NCBI GenBank assembly: GCA_017499595.2
Contig: CM039002.1
Coordinates: 3,224,001-3,288,000 of the forward strand
Length of the DNA: 64,000 bases
DNA from: Psilocybe cubensis
Taxonomy: Eukaryota
Reading direction: 5' to 3'
Shown here: positions 37,880-51,299 of the stretch, piece by piece
Numbering within the stretch: the first letter of the stretch is position 1
Layout: the number at the start of each line of letters is the position of its first letter
Notes under the pieces: model-generated
Seen by the model: only the letters and a program-made list of their open reading frames with translations
What the model was told of the DNA's origin: nothing
Database searches by the model: none
Made by a program: the position numbers and the translations under genes

Positions 37880-40800
37880 ATGCAAAAAAACCCATTCCTT
37901 GACATTGAGGCGGGAGTGGTGGGAGAAGATTCGGAGGAAAACCAGAGCAATAATGGTCAGCCTAACGCAGAAACCTGTATACCTATTTATATATTGACTT
38001 GCGCAGATGAACCCAGTCTGGAAGAGATTACCGCAGACAATATAAATGTTCACAGAAATGTTCACCGCCAAACCAAAATGGCCGAGACAGAGCGATCACA
38101 CTGGGAGTCGTTCCTTGTACGGGCGCAAGAGAAGTCCCAACAATATAATGAATTCCCTAAACCAACCTGGAACTAGAAAACATGATGGGGAAAATGGAGA
38201 TGTACGCGTATCTAGTAAGCTTAGTTCCGAGAAAGTACACGTTAAGAAGACCAAGTGAAAACATATGTCTCATTACAGTTACACCTTCAGAAGTTGAGGC
38301 GCAATACCAGCCACAGCACATACTTTCAAAGGTATCCAAGGACCTTGGCAAGGACATTTTCTTCTGGACTCCAAAGAGTATGCACCTCATGGGCAGTGAG
38401 TAAGAGGTGTGGCCAGTATCGCAAGTATGTCGGCTGATACTTATTGTAGGGTTGAACCATAATGTCACACCAATCAACAGCAGGATTCTGCATCTTTGGG
38501 CCACTCTTCTTGATTTAAGAAAGGAACGCCGCATCAAGTTTGAGGTATTCCCAGTGACAGTGAAAAGAATTCCTACCGGAATCTTCCACCACAAACAATA
38601 TCGCAGTAGAGAGAACATACCGGAGATGTTGACTGATGCGCTGCTCCCTGGGGATTATGATTTCCATGTTTTTGGTGGTGTGTATCTTGCATATGGTATT
38701 GTATACGTACTCAAAGGATATTTAATTTGCAGAGAAAAAAATACCTCCTTTTTATCCGACCTTTAACATTCCATCTTTTAAGAGAGTCAAATATTTAACC
38801 ACACTTCCAAAGGAAGAAGCAGTCTTGATTTACACCGCCAGTCCAGACAAAGTGTTCATGGTAAGCAATATCCCCCAATGACAAATTCTAGGAAATACTT
38901 GACATGTTTAATAGTTTGACGTACCTGACAATGTCCAGAAGCATGTTCTCTAAAGAGATCACGGTCAATGTGTAGTTACTGGCATTTCAGGAGACGATGT
39001 AGTTACTGTCGTATGGGCAGTTCCACCTCCATTAATTTATGCAGTAAGGGATCTGATTTGTCATTCTTTGACCTTGGGTACTAATTCCATATAACAAGAT
39101 GAAGTATGTAGAAGGCGGACGCATATACAGCGCAATGGGGGAACTCTACAAATCAATTAATGCTATCACGCTTCGCAAGGACCTGGCCAATGCTTTTCTT
39201 GATGGAGATTTCGGCATCGATGTAGATGTCTGTGCTTGATATGCCTAATTTCTTCAAGACTTTACTTACTGTGAATAACATTTGCAGGACAATTACCGAG
39301 TTGTGATACTCCATAATTTCGGACCAGAGGCGCAGTCGCTCATTGGAACCAACATCCAAGCTTACTTCTGTCAACCCGGCACTAAGGATCGATTTGAAGG
39401 ACCTATGGACATATTTCTCTGTGCTCACTTTGCTAATTGCCTTTTTGTCAACTTTCAAGACGGTGATATTGGTGATCAATACCCAATGCACGTTGTCGGT
39501 GAAAGAAGTAACCGACTTGGGCTTTCTTTGGGTGAATCGCGTATTTCACGTTGAAGATCGAAGTTTGTGATTGGTTATAAACTATATGTAATCCAACAAA
39601 CACAAACCCCAGGGAAAGAGTGGTCCAGACTGGATAGGACGAAACCTTCTCCTAAGTTTCTTAAGGGAGGACGCTGCCTAGGATTTAAGTAGATTAGGAT
39701 GGTGTGGATTGTGAAGGGTAACAAAAGCGAAATAGTAAGAAGAGGATAACCGGGTTGTCTGGGTACGATAGTAAATAAGCCTTCCGAAAATGGGATAGAA
39801 CCATGGAATTGGATGGCGGGTGTATATGGAAAGCGTGAAGAAGATGTGTAGAATGTGTATGAGAAATCAATAAATGTGAATCTTAGAGGGGTTGTCTGAA
39901 GTGAGTGGGGAATGTTCCGAGGGGAGATGAGGAGATGACTAGGAGTTGGAATGTCATTAAATGGCTGAATCTTGATAAGCGGATGGTAAAGGCGAAAGTG
40001 TCCTTAAATTGACAATCTTTCTGACGCTTGGAATGAAGCTATACGTCGCGGGAGTATCGACTGAATTGAGGGTGAAAGACTAAGTCTGTCTCGAATGAAA
40101 TCACTCCAGATGAGTTGACGGAGGGAAAGGATGTCTTGAATACACTCCTAACGGCGATGGTTGGAAGGTGTAGAAGGACTAGGAGCGGTGACGGATTGAA
40201 TGGAGGAGGAGAAGTAGGGAAGTACTGGATGTCTGGATAGAAGTTGGATATTCAATGCTGAGAAGAAGAGGCGTTGGATGAGAAGGATGACTGGTCTCGG
40301 ATGAAATCCTCTCTTAATGGAAAGTGAGATGACTTCGGATGAATGGAAGTAAACTTGGTCTCGATGGAGGGTGGAACTGATGACTGAATTGGACTTGGGT
40401 TTGGGCTTGGCTTGAACTTGAACTTGGAATTGAAATGAATCGATGTGGATTGACTTGAAATTGACTTGACTTGGATGAAAATTGACTTGCTTTGAAGAAA
40501 GTGGGGACTGGGTGTAACTTTCCTGTCATTTCGTGTAATTCTACTACAGCTTTTATACTAAAAGCTACGTGAACGAAATACCAATCTGAGCTACTGAAAA
40601 CCGAGTCATATACTGTACAACGTGTCAAGAATGAGGCTACGCAAGTGTAACAATAAGCAAGAACAATAAGACATGTCAATATCGACACAACGACAGATAA
40701 GAAATGAATAGGATGAGTAAGAAAGAAGTGTATGACAAAGGTGAATGGTAATACAGATTAGATAAAAGAAGCAAGGATGACTCAGAAAGCATAGAAGATT

Positions 40801-41328
40801 GGTAAGACAAAGACAATAAAAGCGCAACAGACAATAGAAAAGATATAAATAAACACAAAAGGATGAGTAAGACAAACCAAAAATAAGTTGGAATGAGTAA
40901 TCCGCAGCCTGACGCTGAGTAAGACCATTGAATTGATAAAAATAAAGTTGAAAGTCCGGCTGTGCAAGGCAGTGTAGAAAGCTGTGCAGTTTGATGGTTG
41001 ACTGATCCGTCGCATAGCCTTGATGATCCGACGAAGTGACATGATCCGGAATAACGTGGCTCCCATGTGACAAGTGTTGATAAGATAAGACGTGTGGATG
41101 ACTTATGGAAAGAATGACTGCTTGGGTTGAGGGCGTCGTGTGTAGATCCAAAATGAACATCTCATCTCCAATCAGGAGATTGGGGTATGATAACATCAGA
41201 GCAAATTGTGGAATGATGAATTGAGCCAGATTCTATATGAACACTGTTACAGAAGGCCCTTTGGTCCTCATCCAGACAACAGTGATTTGGAGTTTCAATA
41301 CAAGTTGGACTTGGACGAGGAGGGTTAG
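37880..41328 (+). pseudogene. HNH-like (HNH_2-type) nuclease-domain gene remnant interrupted by copy 2 of the 1.64-kb element
   Basis: RDHGQCVVTG (preceded by a premature TAA), SINAITLRKDL..AFLDGDFGIDV, FLCAHFANCL. Removing the insertion gives in-frame ...GESRISRQSKLWNDELSQIL...EEG* (stop 41326-41328). Whether the 5' ORFs at 37880-38400 belong to this gene is uncertain. Confidence 0.55.
39552..41192 (-). mobile_element. 1,641-bp non-coding insertion, probable solo LTR (copy 2, inverted)
   Basis: Reverse complement of 29146-30784 (spurious ORFs identical in the track). I noticed only a 2-bp indel and two CpG transitions. Flanks ACGT (39548-39551) and ACAT (41193-41196). Confidence 0.9.
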
Positions 41329-41659
41329 CAGTAACGGAAGCAAAAAAGATGGTGGCCAAGGTGATACCACAAAACCAAATCAAGGGACACAGTGTAGTTG
41401 TCCATACTAGTTAACAATATATAATATTTCTGCCCATAGATTACTACCATAGCAAAGTTGAGTGGTTATTATCATCAACAAAATCAAAGATTGTGATTAT
41501 ACTGGTGGCGTCACATAGACAAGAATTGATAGTTAGTCATTACTGACAAAATAAGATAATTTCATAATGTCTTTGATCTCAAGCCACACTCTTCGTTGTA
41601 GTTTCTGCCAGTCCCTTCCGTTAATTTACTCCCAACGATATGACATGTGTTGCTTGCAT

Positions 41660-44328
41660 TCAGGAACAGGTAAATCACAAGTATTAAAAGCACTTATTGA
41701 ATTTTTTAAAGAATGTAATGAATCACATAGATTTATTGTGGTTGCACCTACAGGCACGGCAGCAGCCCTTTTGGGTAGATCAACTTATCATTATATGTTT
41801 GGAATTAATTCAGAAAAAGGAAAAAAAGGAACAAGTATCACTAGCACAAGTCTGTACACGTTTAATTGGTGTTGAGTATGTTTTTTTTTGATGAAATATC
41901 AATGCTTTCTGCACAAGATTTATATAAAATTAGTAGACAACTTTGTCATGTATTTAATATTCCTGATATTCCTTATGGTGGACTTAATATGGTATTTGCA
42001 GGTGATTTTGCCCAATTACCTCCAGCAATGGGTGGTGAAAGTATATCATTATATAGCAGAACAATAGATGCCTTTGCTTCAAGTCATTTGAGCCAAGAGC
42101 AAGCTATCGGTAAAGCACTTTGGCATCAAGTTACTAATGTTGTTATTTTAAGACAAAATATGAGACAAAAAACACAAACAGAAAATGACAATAAATTTAG
42201 AACTACATTAATAAATATGAGATATAAAGCATGTACACCTGAAGATATTGAGTTTCTACGCACAAGAATATCTTCTAATCTTCCAAATAGGCCTAATATA
42301 TGTGATGATAAATTTTGAAATGTCTCAATAATAACAGCTAAAAATCTGCATAAAGATAAAATTAATCGAATTGGATCAATAAGATTTACTCAAGAAACAG
42401 GACAGCAACTTGTTGATTTTTATTCTGAAGATTCAATTGCAAATCATTATAGAAGTGTATCAAATAAATCTACAAAAGTATTAAAATTAAATAAAATAAC
42501 AAATGATATACAAAATATATTATGGAGTCAATTACCATCAACTGTTGATAAAAATATACCTGGTAAGCTTTCATTGTGTATTGGAATGCCTATTATGATT
42601 AAATACAATCTTGCAACAGAATTATGCATAACAAAAGGGCAAGAAGGTTATGTATATGGTTGGCAAATAAAATTAGGCACACGAAATCAAAGAGTGTTAG
42701 ATACATTATTTGTGAAACTAAAAAATCCACCATCAACTATTCAATATGATGGTTTGCCAGAAAATGTTGTGCCTATTACACCAACTTCATGTACTGTAAG
42801 AGCAGTATTACCAAATGATAATGTTATATATGTTACACGTAAACAAATTGAAATTCTTCCAAATTTTTCAATGACTGATTATGCATCACATGGAAAGACC
42901 CGACCAGAAAATGTTGTTGATTTAAATAATTTAACAAATCATCAAGCATATTATACAGCATTGTCTCGGAGTGCTACAGCAGAAGGTACAGTTATATTAC
43001 AAGGATTTTCTCAAAATAAAATTGTAGGAGGAGCATCAGGTGCTTTACATCAAGAATTTAGAGAACTAGAATTGTTAGATGATATTACAAGACTAAATTA
43101 TTTAGGAAAATTACCATCATCAGTAACTGGAAATAGACATAATGCATTAATTAAATCTTTTAGACAATGGAAAGGCCTAGATTACATACCTCCACAAATA
43201 CATAAAGCTATTCGTTGGAGTAAAAAGGATCCTTTATTAGAAAATACAATTGATGAAAGCAGTTGGAAAATAATCACCAATAATGACATAGAAGAAAAGA
43301 TAGATAATATAAATACAAATAATGTAAAAGAAACTCAAACAATAATTTCAAATACTATAGCATCAAAAAATATGGATATAGAGAATAAAATTAGTACACC
43401 ATTAAAAAGCCAAAAACATAAAATATTAAATACACCAAATAGTTCACCAAGTACTAGTCAATTGAGCAAAAAACAAAATATTAGCAATATTAATCACATG
43501 TCTACTGATTATCATCAAAATTTTGTTCCACTTGGACTCTCTTGGCAACAAAATAGTTGTGGTTATGATTCACTTCTTGTAATATTATATTCTTTATGGA
43601 ATACAGATCCTATATTGTGGACAGCAGCATTAAAGGATATACAAAATGAAACTATGAATTTTATAATTAGCAAATTTGATAGTATTCAAAATTCATCAAT
43701 TACCTTTGAACAAGTTAGAGAAGAATTTTGCTATTATATGGAATTAATAAATTATGATTATTTTCAATATGGTAAAACCATATCAATTAGTGAACTTACA
43801 GATCGTATTTGTACAAATCAAGATTTAATTATAGCAAAATTAAAATTTACTTGTTGTAATAACCATTTAGTCAAAGAATATAGCTTTAAATCAGTATATT
43901 ATTATATGGTAAGATATACATATAGATCAATAGCAAAATAAGTAAATGATAGACATAATACTGATGAATATATATGCAATAGATGTAATATAGTAACAAC
44001 AGCAAAATATCATTTTTATTTTGCTCCTAGTATTTTATGTTTTGAACATTGGGGAGCAACAACAACTATAAATATGTCTTTTCAAATAAATTGTGATGAT
44101 ACACAGAATAAATATGTCTTAGCTGGAATAATTTATTTTAGTGATTCAGCTAAACACTTTGTATCTCGTATAATTATCCAAGGACAACAAATTTGGTATT
44201 ATGATGGACTTTCTACAGGTAGAAATTTAATTTATGAAGGAGTTTGGGATAATATAAAAAACACAATTAGTTTACAGAATTTAAAAGAAACTTATAAAGC
44301 TTCAATAGCTTTCTATCAAAAAATTTAA
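41660..44328 (+). pseudogene. PIF1-like SF1 helicase followed by a papain/USP-like peptidase domain (Helitron-like remnant), very AT-rich
   Basis: GTGKS, VVAPTGTAA, DEISM, YGGLNMVFAGDFAQLPP, LRQNMRQ, TDYASHGKT, YTALSR; then WQQNSCGYDS...LAGIIYF...HFVSRI...WYYDG. Stops at ~42316 and ~43939, plus a frameshift near 41820-41890. Confidence 0.82.
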
Positions 44329-44958
44329 ATTTATTTTTTTAAAAATATTTTAGATGTCGACTTTAGCCTTTAGCCTCGTTTATGCCATGCAACGCAATGG
44401 CCCACCCTTCAAGTTGAATTACACTGCCTGCCTATTTACTTGAACACTTTGGCTGTAACACTCCTATGAGCAACATACCATCCAGACCACAGCAACCATG
44501 TCACTGCCCACGGTGCCAGGGTGCCATGGTGAGCAGAAAAACAGTTCAGAATTACACCAAACTCCTCAAAAATAACTCGGGCCCGGGTCTTTCATCACAT
44601 TTGCAAATAACCCGTTATCAAGAATGGCTCCAATCACGCTCTGCAAGACCTGAGAGAAGTGAGAAAGAGGAAGAGATGATATTGGATAACTTAGACAACA
44701 AAAATGACTTGGAGTGGGAAAATGACCTTGAAGAAAGGCCATTGAAGAGACACTGTGAACAAGCTGTAGTACGTTCAAGTTATTTAGAGTGCTTTATGTT
44801 ACGACGCACAAGTCTCTATATGTATTTAGTAATGTAATAAATTTTTTAGCCCATGCTCAATGAAACACACCCCGATGCTCAAGTGTACAATTTTGAGAAT
44901 GAACAAGATGATGACATATATGTATGTGGTATGTGTCTAAATGTCTACCAAGTCATTC

Positions 44959-45271
44959 TGTCAGGGTACGTATTGGTGCCACCCCTATCCGTTATTGTTA
45001 TCTGTTACGGTTCCACACTGTCATGCCTTGTTCTATCTTTATGTTTGGTCCCACGTCTATTGTTCTCCTGTTTCATCTATTGATAGTTGTCATATGTCAA
45101 GTACTCTGGTCCGGGAAGTAGTTACTCTGGTCTCCATGTATATATGTATAGGGTCCTGGGATTAGTAGTCAGACCCCAGCTTCAATATCAACTTGGTCTT
45201 TGGGCATTCTTCTCTCCTGACTTAAGTCAATTCCTAACACATTCTGTTCTCACCGTAAAGACAGTCTGACA
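44959..45271. mobile_element. Possible short solo LTR (313 bp) in the CACTA 5' region
   Basis: Ends TGTCAG...CTGACA; composition differs from the flanking acidic coding sequence; no TSD found. Confidence 0.35.
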
Positions 45272-45551
45272 ACAATCTTAATCAAAACAATGATATTGAA
45301 CTGCATTGTCCACACCCACCCAACGATGAAGCTGATTCAAACTCTCTCCAAAATATTCAGGACCCAAGCAACACAGCGCAACATGACTTCCAGGCACTTG
45401 CGCATCTTGATTCTCTTACAGATTCACATCCCGAAGAAGATTTAGAAGAGAATGACCATATCTCTTCGCTTGGCCAAACATATTTCAGTCATTCCAGAAT
45501 TGAACATGTTAAAATTACGCACAAATTCATTGACAAGATTTATAATGCGAG

Positions 45552-46114
45552 CAAGGGGGTGCCGGTGTTCAAAATTCGGACACCACCTAGGTAGGTAGGT
45601 TGGCCAATCAGCCCCAAAAAAAAAATGTACCATATTTTTTTTGTCCAATTTCTGAGGAATTTCACGGTCCAAAGTTGTCTGTAATCAAGTTTAGAGCATT
45701 TTGGACTGTATTTCATAGACAAATTATGTTTTTAAACAAACACAATGCTAATCTCGTTGAAATTCAGGTTAAAATCTTCATGATAGGTGGCCGGGCTTCA
45801 AATAACACAGATATTTGACCTGATTTTGACTGAGATCATTGATTTACCATCTGGACGCTGTCTCAAAGACATGGGTGTGTCACACATGTAAAGGGAGCAA
45901 ACGGGGTTGTTATTAGTTCTATAACTATTTATTTACACTTTGACCTGTCCGATGTTGGGAAATTGATGAAGTTCAATGTCTTGGCCCTTGGAAATTCCCA
46001 TTTTAGGCAATTTTGATTGTTATGTAATGGTTACAAGGTAGGTAGGTTGCCCAAATTACCTCGAAATAAAAAATATGAGGTCGTGTTTTTTTTTTGAACC
46101 CCGGCACCCCCTTG
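45552..46114. mobile_element. MITE, 563 bp, 8-bp TSD (hAT- or P-like)
   Basis: TIR CAAGGGGGTGCCGG / CCGGCACCCCCTTG; TSD AATGCGAG (45544-45551, 46115-46122). Removal restores transposase frame ...FIDKIYNASLQNGKL. Confidence 0.95.
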
Positions 46115-49039
46115 AATGCGAGTCTACAAAATGGTAAACTAACAAACAATGCTCTTTATCAACTACAGAATCCAGAAAAGGGCCCAGTCAATATCTCAGA
46201 TCCGGATACATGTCTTTCACTGGATCTTTTCATAGCCTGTGAAAATGCTTCCCAGCGGACCTATGGCAACATCCGACATTGTCTTATTCAGAGATTTCCA
46301 GAGCTTGACGGTACACTCTTGACATACGATGCTGTAAAGACTCTTACAGAAACTCTTACTGGGGTGGTTTCAATCTCTGACGACATGTGCATAAATTCTT
46401 GTCACGCATTTACTGGACCATTTTCCGATTTACAAAAATGCTATTACTGCTCGGAACCACAGATCCAAGCCCTTTGCCGTTCTAAAGAGGGGGAAATTGC
46501 AATGACCTATTATGATAAAAAAACTCGGAAAATTCTTAATATCCAAAAGGCAATTGCTGATGCGAATGGCAACATTGGCAATTTTGTTTACAAAGACTAT
46601 CTTTCTGGAAGTGACTATTTGGACCTTTTTGAAGACCAGAACCTTACTGAAAATAATACTACCGTTATCTTTTCGTTTGATGGAGCACAGCTATACCGAA
46701 ACAAGGGATCTGACACGTGGATAGCCGTCTGGATTATTTGTGAGTATAGCCCAACCACAAGATACAAAAAAAAACATGTTCTTCCTGCGGTTGTCATTCC
46801 TGGGCCCAATAAGCCTAAAAATTCCGATTCTTTTAGATTCAGATCCTTTCATCATCTCTCGGCTATTCAGCGCGAAAACAATGGCAAGGGTATTCGAGTC
46901 TGGAATGGCAACAAAAATACAGAAGTATTTTCACGGGTTATTCATCTCTTGACCACTGCGGATGCTGTTGGACTTACAGAAATGGATGGGCGGGTTGGGC
47001 ACCATGGTGCACAAGGATGTTGCATTGGATGCTCTATGAAAGGTCAACACAAACCATCAAGTGGCCATTACTTTGCAGTTCACTTACGACCGCTTAACGC
47101 AGTTGGAGAAGATTGCAGCCATGATGATTTTGACATCAAAAATGCAGCAAATATTATATGCAACTCACCCCAGGAATATCAAGATAAACTTTCTCAAATC
47201 ATCAATTCATGAGACCAGGCTGATTATAAAAGGAACCAAAAGCAAACCGGACTCTCTAAGCCATCGATAATTCAAGGACTCCAATACACAATTCCTTTAC
47301 CCATGTGCTTTTCTGTGGACCTAATGCACCTTTCCATCAACATTGGTGAACACTTAATTCCTCTGTGGCATGGAATTTTTAAATATGAAGCAACAGATAA
47401 CAATCTTACATTGAACTGGGCAACACTCACTGGAGAAACATGGCAGACACATGGAAAACTTGTTGCAAAAGCTATCTTGTACTTTCCATCATCATTTCAT
47501 TGCCCTCCTCATAATCCTGCCGAAAAAATCTCAAGTGGCTATAAAGCAACAGAATACTTTCATTATTTGTTTGGTCTTGGTCCAGCTTATTTCCGCATTT
47601 TTCTTCCAAGCATCTATTGGAAGAATTTTTGCAAATTAGTTTGTGGTATCTGAACCATGACTCAACAAAACATTAGTGGAAATCAAGTACGCAAAGCACA
47701 CTCATATCTTGTCCAATTTGTACAAAAATATGAAAACCTTTATTACCAGCGCCGTATGGATCGTCTTCATTTCTGCCAACCGTGGCTTCACACAATCCTT
47801 CACATAGGTCCAGAAATTAGCCGAATAGGTCCAGGAGCATATATTAGCCAGTATACAATGGAATGCGCAATTGGGGATCTGGGAAAGCAAATTTGCCAAC
47901 CTTTTAATCCATATGGAAATTTGTGTCAGATTTCTCTACAGCGTTGTCAAACTAATGCACTTCAATCCATGTATCCTGAACTCGACTCTACTGCCAAAGT
48001 TTCTGCGCCAATGTACTCACACGATAATGGCGATGGGTTTCTTTTTTTAGCTCCAAGGCAAAAAAGGCCATTAATGTTATGTGGTATTGAAAAGCAGATA
48101 ATCAAATTGAAGCTTCATATATCCACCCTTAGAAAGTGGGGAAGGCTTCACTTACACAATGGACAGGTTGCACAAAGTGTTTTTTCAGAAGGAAAAAGAC
48201 TATCTCCAAATACTCATATCACACAAAATCTCAAGGTATGTCCAAAATTTATACATTTAATACATTACAACTAACACAAACAAGCTTTTATTGAATGAAA
48301 AGATTGAATTTGCTGAAGCGCAGTTTTATTTTCAGCTCGTTGATCCCAACAACAGCAACAAATTTATACCGTATGCTCTTGTGTCTATATACGGACTCCT
48401 GGATCAGGATATGCTTGAGCAGTCTTCAAGAACACTATGGGCCTGCACCTATAGAGGCACTGAAGGATATCAAATTATTTTAATGTCTTCAATAATTTCC
48501 ATGGTTTCTATGCAGCCCCTTCCACCACGTCTTGGGGATCCCAAGAATCTTTGGTTTGTATTTGAAAAGTTGGGGTTAGATGACACAGAAATTAGTGGTT
48601 ATGTAGATCCAATTTTGTAGAATTATATAGAATACATTTCAGTTATAGACAAGTATTTTCTTGTGCTTTGCATTACCTGCCAGTGACCCAAAATATGTGT
48701 ATCCATGCATCTCGATCCCTGTCAAGTTCGCTTTCCCACGAATTTATAATATTTACTTAACAAGTACCAACCAAGAACATTTTCCTAACTTCACAATAGA
48801 ACAATAAAAGTAATAACTGGCATATTCTGACTTGTTCATGTACTGATAGTGTAGTCAAGCTATAGCAATGCATTCTGACGTGTATCCAAGCATCCGACTG
48901 CAATAACAATTCAGATATGATATACAACAATTGTGTGACTATAAACATGTGATTGGTGCAGCGAGACGTGTTGTGGTTGCCCTGCACCATTATTGCATTC
49001 CTCTTTACCTTTGTCTTTACCTTTCTATTCAATATTAAT

Positions 49040-50913
49040 ATGGCTCATAATTTTGACTTTTCTGCTATAAACTACACTCAAAATCACAATCAAAATCAAG
49101 AGCACTACTTACCGATGACTCAGTTTAATTTTTCTGCAGATAATAGTCTTGCCCAAACAGTACCTGCACTGACTAGCTCTGTAAGTCTTTTATTCCCCGT
49201 TTTTACCTTGACCGACTACTTGGGCATTTTCTAAAGTTACTTTGAGGTCTAGAACACCCAAAACAAATCACAACAGTCAACCGAAGCAATTCTCAAAGCT
49301 GCTACACATTTTATGCTAATGGCAGCACATAATAAGGCCCATGCAGAGCTTTATGAGGAGTGTATGCGGTCAAAATATCAATTAGAGGTGCAAGTGTGCA
49401 TAAATCCTTTTATTTATAAACCAATATATGCGTCATAAATGTGTTTTTTATTCAGAAAACTCGTGTCCGAGCTCAAGGAGGAGCTCAAAGAAATCCATTG
49501 TCATGGCCTGTCTAGGCTCGGAGATTCCTCAGGCTCACGTCACAGGCAAGATTCAACAGAAAATGGCAATCCGAAAGCACAAAACCCATCCATTACCATT
49601 TCATACTCACCACCAATGGATAAGCAGGACGACTATCCACATGTTTGCTTTTGGGATAAAGAAGAGTGGATTGATTATAAAACAAGGGCGGCAAACCATA
49701 ACCAATCAGTTGATAAGTTATATTTTCTTTGTAACAAGGATGGCAAGATGGTTTCACAGGCACGTCGTGAAGAAATGACGGAAACGCCCAAGGTGGCATT
49801 CAACGAACTCTACTACTGGCGCCTTGATCCACATACATGGGGAAAGGGAAATCAACAGGCTTGGGACTACTTTAGCACAATAATGAGGGGAAAATTTCCC
49901 GAGTTTAGATGGTGCAGTAACAACTGGAAGATTAGGGAGTTTGCAACCATTAGATATCCTAACTGGGCATCTCATATCCATAAAACGGGTGACTTACTTC
50001 GTGAGTAACATTCCTTCTTTTAATTGCACTGCTCAGATGGTGGATAATGGTACAAAAATTAGGTGCACGGCCTTCTATTGGAAAGCGAGGCACCAATTAC
50101 AACAATCTCACCGCTTCAAAGCCAAAAAAGCGACGCCCAAATACTTCATTGCACAGTCACACTGGTGAACAGCACATCATTGATGTTGATGCAGGTATAG
50201 TTCTCTTTGATTCATGTTTATATATTTTAAATTGTGGTAATGATACTTCACATTCTTTCAGTTCCCCTACCCAAAGAAGTTCCGGTTCTGGGTCCATCTA
50301 TACTACCCAACCCAGAATTTGCATCGGATTTGCCTCATCGTCAGGAATCTCCCACGGTTGAAGAAATCTCATCGGCAACCGCAGCTTCCATCTTGACTAG
50401 AACATCTGTTGAGTTGGTCACCACATTGACATCAAACTCTACAAATCTTTGCACCTTAGAAGACTCGGAAGTGCCTATAGTCAATGCTGAGGTAACTGTA
50501 TCACAGCCCTGTTTGTATTGTTTGTATTGTCCTGCTAATTTTGATCTTTGTAGAAACACACAGACAGGTTGGCCAGTAGTACTACAAGTGACCTTTCTGG
50601 CACTTCTGAACGGGCTGCATTCCAGAGGGTAGAGGATGTGGAGCTGACTGTACCTAATAGAGTTCAGCAAAATGCTATATCAACTTGTCGTACAAGGGTA
50701 AGAGCTACTTATTGTTTTTTGTTGTTGTTCTTTTTCTAAATGCGTCATCGTTAAGTTAAATCCTTTGTAAGTTCAAGTCAATTCTTTGTTATTCTATAAC
50801 TGATACCACATTTTACAAACCAGAGCTGGTCTTACCATTCCAAACCCAGCCTCTGAAGTTCCCGGGCAGTCTGCTCTTGAAAACACATCCAATTCCAAGT
50901 CCTCCATGGTCCC
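49040..50913 (+). pseudogene. Spliced accessory gene downstream of the CACTA transposase (unknown function), cut by the Copia insertion
   Basis: ORF 49439-50008 (DYPHVCFWDKEEW...LYFLCNKDGK...PHTWGK...FPEFRWCSNNWK) plus short GT..AG-bounded exons; ends at the LTR junction. Confidence 0.55.
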
Positions 50914-51094
50914 TGTTGGAGTTCATCTCGTCTCTTCACTCTGCGTCACATGTCATGTTCCTCTTTCACGCGTCAACCCCTGTTTATCCTTATTTACTTT
51001 CTCGCCAGTGTAGAACTTAGCGTTTCCTCGTTCTCACATACCTCAGTTTTTCTTCCATCAAGACACTGAGATACATCATCTATAGACTTGAACA
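50914..51094 (+). repeat. 5' LTR of Ty1/Copia element (181 bp)
   Basis: TGTTGG...TGAACA, immediately followed by GGTTATGGGCCC. Confidence 0.85.
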
Positions 51095-51106
51095 GGTTAT
51101 GGGCCC
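51095..51106 (+). promoter_or_regulatory. Copia primer-binding site (GGTTATGGGCCC type)
   Basis: Motif typical of copia-like elements, abutting the LTR 3' CA. Confidence 0.8.
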
Positions 51107-51299
51107 CGCCTTCACGTAAAGGCGGACACATCTGTTTCGAAGACATACTGGTCTTCTCCGTAGCTTGAGCAACCCAAATCACACACACTGTCAATCACTC
51201 ACTGAGCGTTGTCTCTACTCGGTTCGTATCTGGGTCAACACGCGTAAATTCACTGCACTGCATCTCATACTCTGGGATATTTCTTAGTCACTGCTAAAC

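Larger units (their letters stand above)
44466..48620 (+). mobile_element. CACTA/CMC-EnSpm (Tnp2, Transposase_21-like) transposase pseudogene
   Basis: CHCPRC N-terminus; DMCINSCHAFTGP..CYYC; FSFDGAQLYRNK.SDTW; VIPGPNKPKN; DGRVGHHGAQGC; VDLMHL; NPAEKISSGYKATEY; SQYTME. Several premature stops; a MITE is inserted. Confidence 0.88.

Noticed and set aside
29146-41192. The two 1.64-kb copies as terminal inverted repeats of one 12-kb element
   Set aside because: Each copy has its own TSD and interrupts a different gene whose frame is restored on removal, so they are independent insertions.
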